A DNA stretch of 64,000 bases, from NCBI GenBank assembly GCA_048270185.1, contig JBLWTJ010000003.1, forward strand, positions 160,001-224,000, read 5' to 3'. This stretch comes from Bacteriovoracaceae bacterium. Lineage in GTDB: Bacteria; Bdellovibrionota; Bacteriovoracia; Bacteriovoracales; Bacteriovoracaceae. Made by a program: the position numbers and the translations under genes. The notes under the pieces are model-generated. The model was not told the origin of the DNA and did not search any database. It saw only the letters and a program-made list of their open reading frames with translations. Shown one piece after another: positions 57,362 through 64,000 of the stretch (positions are counted from its first letter, which is position 1; every line of letters starts with the position of its first letter).

Positions 57362-59128
57362 CTATAGTCCTTCAGCAGTTTCATTAATGAATGCTAAAAA
57401 CTCATCAGTTACCTTTGAAGCCTTTGCTTTCTTTTGAGCTAAGCTTCCTTCTTTTTCCTGAATCATAATGTAGAACTTAATTTTTGGCTCAGTTCCTGAA
57501 GGGCGAAGGTATAATCGGTTGCCATTTTTAAAGTGATAACCAATAACATTACTCACTGGATAATCCAGTTTCGACTCTTCATTAGACTCTAGGTTTTTTA
57601 CAAGACCTGTTTGATAATCTTCTATAACGTGAATATCCTGTCCGCACAAGCTTGTCGGAGCTAAGTCTCTAAAATGACTCATTATTCGTGTAATTTTTTC
57701 GGCCCCTTCCTTACCTTGGTAAACAAGATTTAGGAGGCTTTCTTGACTGAAGCCAAATTCTTCGTAAATTTTATCGAGGGCCTGGATAAGGTTAAGACCT
57801 TGCTTCTTGAAGTATAGAGTTACTTCTGACATGAAAGTGATTGAAGCAACACCATCTTTATCGCGTACGAAATTATGTGGAAGGTATCCAAAAGACTCCT
57901 CTGTTCCAAAAAGGAAATTTGCCGAAGGATCTTCTTTTTCGATTTTATTCATAAGGCCACAGATCCATTTAAAACCTGTTAGAGTTGAATAGGATTTAAC
58001 GCCATACTTGTCTGCAATGAGCTCCTGTAGAGGAGTTGTTACAATAGTTTTCACAAAGTAAGGGTTGGCCGGCATTGTTCCGTTCTCATTCAGGTTGTGA
58101 AGCATATAGTAGAGCATAAGGATTCCGATTTGGTTTCCGTTGATATACTGAACTTCACCTTCGTGTTCAAAAGCAACTCCAAGACGATCTGTATCAGGGT
58201 CTGAACCATAAGCGATATCTGCTCCAGTTTCTTTCATTAGGTCAACGGCCATCTTCATTGCCGAAGCATTCTCTGGGTTTGGAGAACTAACAGTAGGGAA
58301 GGCAGAGTCTGGTTGTGCTTGTTCTTTAACGACTTCAACATTTGTGAATCCAAGTTGTGCAAGTGCAGTTGTACAAGGAATTAGTCCTGTACCGTGAATT
58401 GGCGTGTAGACGATTTTAAGATCTTTGCCATCTTGCTTACACATTTCAGGATTAACTGTTTTAGATAGGATATCATTGTAGAAGCTCTGTTCAACATCTT
58501 CTCCAACCCACTGAATAAATCCTTCAGCTTCTGCTTGTGTAAATTCCATGAACTTAACTGCATCATACGAAGTAATATCATAGTAGCGATTGATGATATT
58601 CTTATCATTTGGTGGAGTAACTTGTGCTCCATCATTCCAGTAGACTTTGTAACCGTTGTACTCAGGAGGGTTATGAGAAGCTGTTACCATAACACCAGCT
58701 TGTGCCTTGTGATATCTTACCGAGTAAGAAAGCATTGGGACTGGATTTAGTCGCTTGTAGATATAAGACTTAATTCCATTGGCCGCCATAACGCTACAAA
58801 CTTCTTTAGCGAACTCAAATGAGAATTTACGAGAATCGTAACTGACTGCAATTGATGGGGCCGTGATTCCTGTTTTTTCACTGTGGTCAAGTACTTCACC
58901 AGCAAGTGCTTGAGTGGCCCTTCTTACTGTATATTTATTAATGCGGTTATTTCCGGCCCCTAGGATTGAACGTAGCCCACCTGTTCCGAATTCAATATCT
59001 TTATAAAACCTTTCTTCAATTTCTTTCATATCATCATTATCGATAAGGTTTTGAACTTCTTTGCGTGACTCTTCATCAAAGTAAGAGTTGTTGGCCCATG
59101 CTGTTGCTTTTTCTAGGCTCGTCGTCAT
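57362..59128 (-). CDS. pgm: Phosphoglucomutase/phosphomannomutase
   Basis: FGTGGLR, TASHNP, DPDTDR, EESFG, RPSGTEPKIK; RBS GGGAG favours ATG 59128. Confidence 0.94.
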   Translation of the reverse strand: MTTSLEKATAWANNSYFDEESRKEVQNLIDNDDMKEIEERFYKDIEFGTGGLRSILGAGNNRINKYTVRRATQALAGEVLDHSEKTGITAPSIAVSYDSRKFSFEFAKEVCSVMAANGIKSYIYKRLNPVPMLSYSVRYHKAQAGVMVTASHNPPEYNGYKVYWNDGAQVTPPNDKNIINRYYDITSYDAVKFMEFTQAEAEGFIQWVGEDVEQSFYNDILSKTVNPEMCKQDGKDLKIVYTPIHGTGLIPCTTALAQLGFTNVEVVKEQAQPDSAFPTVSSPNPENASAMKMAVDLMKETGADIAYGSDPDTDRLGVAFEHEGEVQYINGNQIGILMLYYMLHNLNENGTMPANPYFVKTIVTTPLQELIADKYGVKSYSTLTGFKWICGLMNKIEKEDPSANFLFGTEESFGYLPHNFVRDKDGVASITFMSEVTLYFKKQGLNLIQALDKIYEEFGFSQESLLNLVYQGKEGAEKITRIMSHFRDLAPTSLCGQDIHVIEDYQTGLVKNLESNEESKLDYPVSNVIGYHFKNGNRLYLRPSGTEPKIKFYIMIQEKEGSLAQKKAKASKVTDEFLAFINETAEGL

Positions 59129-59249
59129 TTTTATAACTCCCATAAATAATTAATTGTATAGTTGTGCTATATTCGCAAATCTAGTAGACTTAGGCAAAAG
59201 AATATCAATTAAAAATTGTGTTATGTGTTAATAATATCAAGGAGTTAAC

Positions 59250-59498
59250 ATGGCCAATAAAGACATGAAGCATAAGGATAATGTTGCTGGTAAGTGGTAT
59301 TGTACTGATCCAGATGACGATAACGGAGAAGGATGCATTGCATGTAACGTTTGTTACACAGGTGCTCCAGAATTTTTTGGGGAAGATGAAGATGGAAATG
59401 CTTATATTATGAAGCAGCCTTCAACTCCTGAAGAAGAAGAATTATGCCAAGAGCAAATGGATGCTTGTCCAGTTGCTTCAATCGGAAACGATGGCTAA
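59250..59498 (+). CDS. Single-cluster ferredoxin
   Basis: CIACNVC...AP..F...CPVASIG; acidic; RBS AAGGAG. Confidence 0.93.
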   Translation: MANKDMKHKDNVAGKWYCTDPDDDNGEGCIACNVCYTGAPEFFGEDEDGNAYIMKQPSTPEEEELCQEQMDACPVASIGNDG

Positions 59499-60818
59499 TT
59501 AGAATCTCTTCGAAAATCTAAGGAAAGCGGCGGTTTCATCTGACTTGGACCCCGCTTGATCTTTTGTATACCTAAATCCCATTGTGACGGTTGCATCGTC
59601 GAAAACTTCAAGTGATTTATCGCTAGTAAAATCAATCTGTCCATTGTCGTGAAAAACAGTACCTGTTTTAATAATGGAGCTACCGTGATACCTAAAATCA
59701 TTCTTCATTGTAAGTGTTTGGTTTGAATCATATTCAAAATCTGTTTCTAATTCAAAATTACTATATTCTGGTGTTAGTAGAGTAACCCCGGCGTAATATG
59801 AACCATTGGCCTTAACTTGCGCACGAGCAATCTCACGCCCATTATACTCGACATTCATTTTTACTCGTTGGTCACGATCTGAGATTTTAACATCAGTATT
59901 AAATTTCGTACTCTCTGTCATTTGACTTGAAGTGGACATATCAATAAGTGTTACTGATTTTGGAATATAGTATTTTTCCTCAAGAGATAGACCTTTTTTA
60001 ATCTTCACACTTCCGAAGGCCGTCTCATATTCTTGATTACTGATAACTGAGTATTCACCAGATTTTGATTCGGTTTTTGTTTTTGTCTTTGGAAGTTTTG
60101 CTTCACTAGTAAGGGACGGGATTTTGTGAGCATAGACATTGATCTTAGGATCGATGAATGAATCATCAGCTCGGTAAACTTGAAAGTAAGGTTTTTCGCC
60201 TTGGATGCTTACGACTTTGATAAAGATATCATCGTCAGCTTCTGATTTGGCCCGAAGCCAAGTAATCTTTTGCTTCTGATTGCTTGAGACGATGGAAAGA
60301 GAGTTTAGATCTCCAAGATCAATTTTTGAAGTTAAAAGTAATTCAAATTTATCGAAATCTCTTGGTTCATAAAAATGCTTAGTATCTCTAAAGTTAGAGC
60401 CAATACATCTTTCCTCACCATTTTCACCGATAATACTTGTGTAGTCAGCAATGGCCTCTAGCTTTAATGCTTCCTGTGCAAGTTGAACACTGTCTTTTGG
60501 AGAGTCCTTATTTAATTTACTGATAATCTTACTCACGTCACGAGAAAGGTTGGCAATATCGCGACACTCAACACAGAAATCACCTTCTCCAGCATTTATT
60601 CTTGCTGGTGGCGGGATATCGTCGGTGAGTGGAATTGGAGTAATATACTTTGGCGACTTATTTTTTGATATTCGTATTACGTCTTTAATAAGTGCCTTGG
60701 TTGTTACCGGCTTTCCATTGACTTCAATAGTCTGATCAAGAGCAGATAAATCAACAGGAAAACACTCAAGGTGCAAAATGCAAATCAATAAAATGATTTT
60801 AAATCTTCTAAATATCAC
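59499..60818 (-). CDS. Secreted hypothetical protein with probable C-terminal beta-barrel
   Basis: Hydrophobic N-terminus, CVEC, C-terminal alternating strands ending AAFLRFSKRF. Confidence 0.7.
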   Translation of the reverse strand: MIFRRFKIILLICILHLECFPVDLSALDQTIEVNGKPVTTKALIKDVIRISKNKSPKYITPIPLTDDIPPPARINAGEGDFCVECRDIANLSRDVSKIISKLNKDSPKDSVQLAQEALKLEAIADYTSIIGENGEERCIGSNFRDTKHFYEPRDFDKFELLLTSKIDLGDLNSLSIVSSNQKQKITWLRAKSEADDDIFIKVVSIQGEKPYFQVYRADDSFIDPKINVYAHKIPSLTSEAKLPKTKTKTESKSGEYSVISNQEYETAFGSVKIKKGLSLEEKYYIPKSVTLIDMSTSSQMTESTKFNTDVKISDRDQRVKMNVEYNGREIARAQVKANGSYYAGVTLLTPEYSNFELETDFEYDSNQTLTMKNDFRYHGSSIIKTGTVFHDNGQIDFTSDKSLEVFDDATVTMGFRYTKDQAGSKSDETAAFLRFSKRF

Positions 60819-60955
60819 ATCTTTCTTGTCGGTTAATTTGCTTTAATAAATTAAATATTTGACTAAAAAAATTCAATATTGTGCAAAATTGAGTACTTGC
60901 AACGGGGAGATTAGAGGAATAAAATAGGGGAGATCACATTTACAAAGGAAGTAAC

Positions 60956-62275
60956 ATGAATCCAACAAATCTACAGTTAGTAGGTACGATTCTATTTGCA
61001 TGTGCAATTTTACACACATTTTTAGTTTCAAAAATTCAACACTTAGCTCACAAGTACCCTGAAGGGTCGATGATGGAAAACCTGCTACACTTCTTAGGTG
61101 AAGTTGAAGCAGTTTTCGGTATGTGGGCCGCAGCCTTCATTGTTTACTACAGTGCCACTCATGGCTTTGCTGTTTATGATGATGCACATAAAGTAGTAGG
61201 TGGAGCTCTTAAATATCTTGAGCAAGACGTTAACTACACAGAAGCGGGATTCGTTTTCGTTATCATGTGTATGGCAGGGACAAGACCAATTATTCTTCTT
61301 GCTGAAAAAATCATTAGTATGATTGCAAAGCTTATCCCTATGCCAGGTAAAATGGCATTCTATGTTTCTGCTCTAATCATTGGACCAATTTTAGGATCAT
61401 TTATTACAGAGCCTGCGGCAATGACAGTTACTGCACTTATCCTTCTTGACTACTTCTTCTCTGATGACAAGATGAGCATGAAATTTAAGTATGCAACAAT
61501 TGGTCTACTATTTGTAAACGTATCAATCGGTGGAACTCTATCTCACTTTGCTGCCCCTCCTGTTTTAATGGTTGCAGGTAAGTGGCATTGGGGATTCATG
61601 CATATGTTAACAAACTTTGGTTATAAGGCTACAGTTTCGATTATTATTGGAACACTTGTAATCGCATTCTTATTTAAGAATGAACTACAAGGAAAGCTTG
61701 AAATTAAACAAAAGCATGACAACTGGATGGCACCAACTTGGTGGATGACATTAATCCACATTATCTTTATGGCACTAGTTGTTTTCTCTGCTCACCACAT
61801 GGTTTTCTTCCTTGGTCTTTTCCTATTCTTCCTAGGTTTCACAACTGTTACGAAAGAATACCAAGACGAAATTAAACTTAAAGAATCTCTTCTTGTTGGT
61901 TTCTTCCTTGCTGGTCTTGTAACTCTTGGTGGACAACAAGGATGGTGGCTACAACCAATTCTAACTAAGCTAGGTGATTTTGTTCTATTTGTTGGTGCAA
62001 CTTCACTAACTGCTATTACAGATAACGCTGCCCTGACTTATCTTGGGACGCTCGTTGAACTTAGTGATTCAGCTAAGTACAACCTTGTTGCTGGTGCTGT
62101 TGCTGGTGGTGGTCTAACAGTTATTGCTAACGCTCCAAACCCAGCTGGTTTTGGTATCCTAAAGGGAACTTTTGGAAAAGAGGGAATTAATCCAGGAAAG
62201 CTACTTCTTGGTGCACTTTTCCCAACAATTTTAGCAATGATCTTTTTTCAAATTCTTCCAAATTTAGGGAAGTAG
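60956..62275 (+). CDS. Putative Na+/H+ antiporter (ion-transporter superfamily)
   Basis: Polytopic; LGEVEAVFGMW, GSFITEPAAMT, NVSIGGTL, TDNAALTYL, GGGLTVIANAPNPAG. Confidence 0.85.
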   Translation: MNPTNLQLVGTILFACAILHTFLVSKIQHLAHKYPEGSMMENLLHFLGEVEAVFGMWAAAFIVYYSATHGFAVYDDAHKVVGGALKYLEQDVNYTEAGFVFVIMCMAGTRPIILLAEKIISMIAKLIPMPGKMAFYVSALIIGPILGSFITEPAAMTVTALILLDYFFSDDKMSMKFKYATIGLLFVNVSIGGTLSHFAAPPVLMVAGKWHWGFMHMLTNFGYKATVSIIIGTLVIAFLFKNELQGKLEIKQKHDNWMAPTWWMTLIHIIFMALVVFSAHHMVFFLGLFLFFLGFTTVTKEYQDEIKLKESLLVGFFLAGLVTLGGQQGWWLQPILTKLGDFVLFVGATSLTAITDNAALTYLGTLVELSDSAKYNLVAGAVAGGGLTVIANAPNPAGFGILKGTFGKEGINPGKLLLGALFPTILAMIFFQILPNLGK

Positions 62276-62282
62276 AAATAGC

Positions 62283-62311
62283 AAGGGCCTCAATCGAGGC
62301 CCTTTTTATTT
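62283..62311 (+). terminator. Intrinsic terminator
   Basis: AAGGGCCTC-AATC-GAGGCCCTT-TTTATTT. Confidence 0.88.
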
Positions 62312-62342
62312 GATGTCTATTTAATTACTTTAATTGATTTAA

Positions 62343-63395
62343 TTAAAGATTCACAATCCAATTAAATTGATCTTCAATTGTCTTTTCTTGAATACCTAAG
62401 AGAGTTTCTCTAAGCATCTTAGTCGTTGGTCCAAATTCTTCTTGAATGTTAACAAAGCTTCCGTCATCTTCATGAAGGGAGCAGATAGGTGTGATAATAG
62501 CGGCCGTTCCACAAGAGAAGCATTCAGTACATTTCTTAGAACGAATATCTTCAATAAGCTCATCAATATTCATCTTGCGTTCAATAACTGTCAGGCCTTT
62601 TGAGCGAGCAATATCAATGAGTGATCTTCTTGTGATTCCATCTAAGATTGTTTCTGTAAGCTCTGGCGTGTGAATTTCCCCGTTAATAACTGCAAAGAAA
62701 TTCATTCCGCTTAGCTCTTCGATTGAAGTGCGATCAAGGGCCGAAAGCCAAAGGTTTTGGTGAAGACCTTTCTGCTGAGTGCGTACTGCTGAGTTAAGGG
62801 CACCGGCGTAGTTACCACCTGTTTTAGCATTGCCCATCCCTCCTGGACATGCTCTAACCATTTGCCTTTCAACGAGAACCTTATAGCTTCCACCTGAGAA
62901 GTAAGATTCAACAGGAGAGGCGATAACCATGAAGAGAAACTCTTCACTTGGTTTAATTCCAAGGTTATTTTCTGTGGCAATCATAAAAGGTCTAATATAG
63001 AGAGACTCACCACTTCTTTTTGGAATAAAGTTTTCACCCATTTTTACAATTGTATTAATGGCGTTTGTAAAAATCTCATTTGGTACTTCTGGCATGGCCA
63101 TACGACGAGCAGAAAAATTAAAACGCTTTAGGTTTTCTATAGGACGAAATAGGTTAGGCCCATTTCCTTTGAAATTATAGGCCTTCATTCCTTCAAAGAT
63201 CTCTTGACCATAGTGAAGAACTTTACAAGTTGGATCGAGTTCTAGTTTAGCGTAAGGCTTTACTGTTAGCTCTCCCCATTCTCCTCGTTTGTATTCACAT
63301 GTGGCCATAATTGGTAGTAGGACTTTACCAAATCCCACTTTATCAGGCATAGAAAACTCTTCGATGGCCTTTTTGGCGCTATCTAATATATTCAT
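62343..63395 (-). CDS. ilvE: Branched-chain amino acid aminotransferase
   Basis: LHYGQEIFEGMKAY, LYIRPF, AKTGGNY (PLP Lys), ILDGITR, GTAAIITP. Confidence 0.96.
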   Translation of the reverse strand: MNILDSAKKAIEEFSMPDKVGFGKVLLPIMATCEYKRGEWGELTVKPYAKLELDPTCKVLHYGQEIFEGMKAYNFKGNGPNLFRPIENLKRFNFSARRMAMPEVPNEIFTNAINTIVKMGENFIPKRSGESLYIRPFMIATENNLGIKPSEEFLFMVIASPVESYFSGGSYKVLVERQMVRACPGGMGNAKTGGNYAGALNSAVRTQQKGLHQNLWLSALDRTSIEELSGMNFFAVINGEIHTPELTETILDGITRRSLIDIARSKGLTVIERKMNIDELIEDIRSKKCTECFSCGTAAIITPICSLHEDDGSFVNIQEEFGPTTKMLRETLLGIQEKTIEDQFNWIVNL

Positions 63396-63419
63396 AAATC
63401 TCCCAAAATCGAATCTATT

Positions 63420-63704
63420 CTACTTACAGTTATAGCCTACGCCATAAACTTTCCAAGTATTTCCTTGGTTAACAGATTCTTTGACATAAAGAGTATTCGC
63501 ACCTTCTTCGGCAACTAGATTTGTTGCGTGGTTGATGGCAAGTTCTTTAATTCCATCTTCATTCTCACCAACAACACTTTTAAAAGGCGAACAGTTCTTT
63601 CTTGGTTTTTGATAAGTTACCTTAACTTTTTCACCGGCTTTAGTTAATTTAGTTTTAGAAACAGCACAGCTGCAAAGTAGTAATACCATAAATAAATTTC
63701 TCAT
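63420..63704 (-). CDS. Small lipoprotein (DUF4156-like)
   Basis: RBS GGAGG; lipobox LCSC; LTKAGEKVKV...C...GANT...YNC. Confidence 0.75.
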   Translation of the reverse strand: MRNLFMVLLLCSCAVSKTKLTKAGEKVKVTYQKPRKNCSPFKSVVGENEDGIKELAINHATNLVAEEGANTLYVKESVNQGNTWKVYGVGYNCK

Positions 63705-63779
63705 AAATCCTCCGTGAATCTTGAATATCCTAACAAAAAGAGTGCGATGTTGCTTAGGTTTGTGCGTCAATTTTATCTT

Positions 63780-63808
63780 TTGACGGAGCTAGGGTTTTGG
63801 AATATTAT
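63780..63808 (+). promoter_or_regulatory. Sigma70 promoter of tRNA-Val
   Basis: TTGACG-N17-TATTAT, 14 nt before the tRNA. Confidence 0.75.
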
Positions 63809-63822
63809 TTTTGGACACTTGT

Positions 63823-63899
<77 letters not shown>

Positions 63900-64000
63900 T
63901 CTTTATTTCCTCAATATTAATGATTAATCTGGCGAAGGCTTTCTGCTTTGCTCAGTTTCGGCTTAATTGTTTTCACATTATCGCTACTTCTCATATAGTC

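Noticed and set aside
63917..64000. Possible 3' end of a minus-strand gene entering from the right edge
   Set aside because: Only 27 codons are visible, too few to support a call.

Overview
AT-rich bacterial chromosomal window (about 36% GC by eye) with dense coding. It mixes housekeeping genes (icd, lipA/lipB, pdxH, sodB, nuoBCDI, plsC, ettA, manC, queC, pgm, ilvE, msrAB, tag, tRNA-Arg(UCG), tRNA-Val(GAC)) with many signal-peptide-bearing hypothetical proteins, secreted proteases, a lytic transglycosylase and a divergent Tad/Flp pilus locus. That mix suggests a predatory Bdellovibrionota such as Bacteriovoracaceae/Halobacteriovorax; this is inference, not a search result. No integrase, transposase, prophage or CRISPR array was seen. 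Main observations: (1) two large secreted hypotheticals (23455-26166, 34247-36157) share an unannotated domain, one behind a ~340-aa Gly/Asn/Asp repeat stalk; (2) an uncalled 41-aa, very basic gene sits antisense inside the Tad cluster; (3) a probable TadB-TadC fusion lies outside that cluster; (4) a tRNA-Arg 3'-end duplication flanks a GC-rich structured element with GGA-loop hairpins; (5) an ECF sigma locus has twin back-to-back promoters; (6) three secreted proteins share an R-x-P-[AS]-S motif and sigma28-like promoters, and two others have perfect sigma54 promoters; (7) nuoBCDI stands alone; (8) the palindrome GGCC is strongly over-represented.
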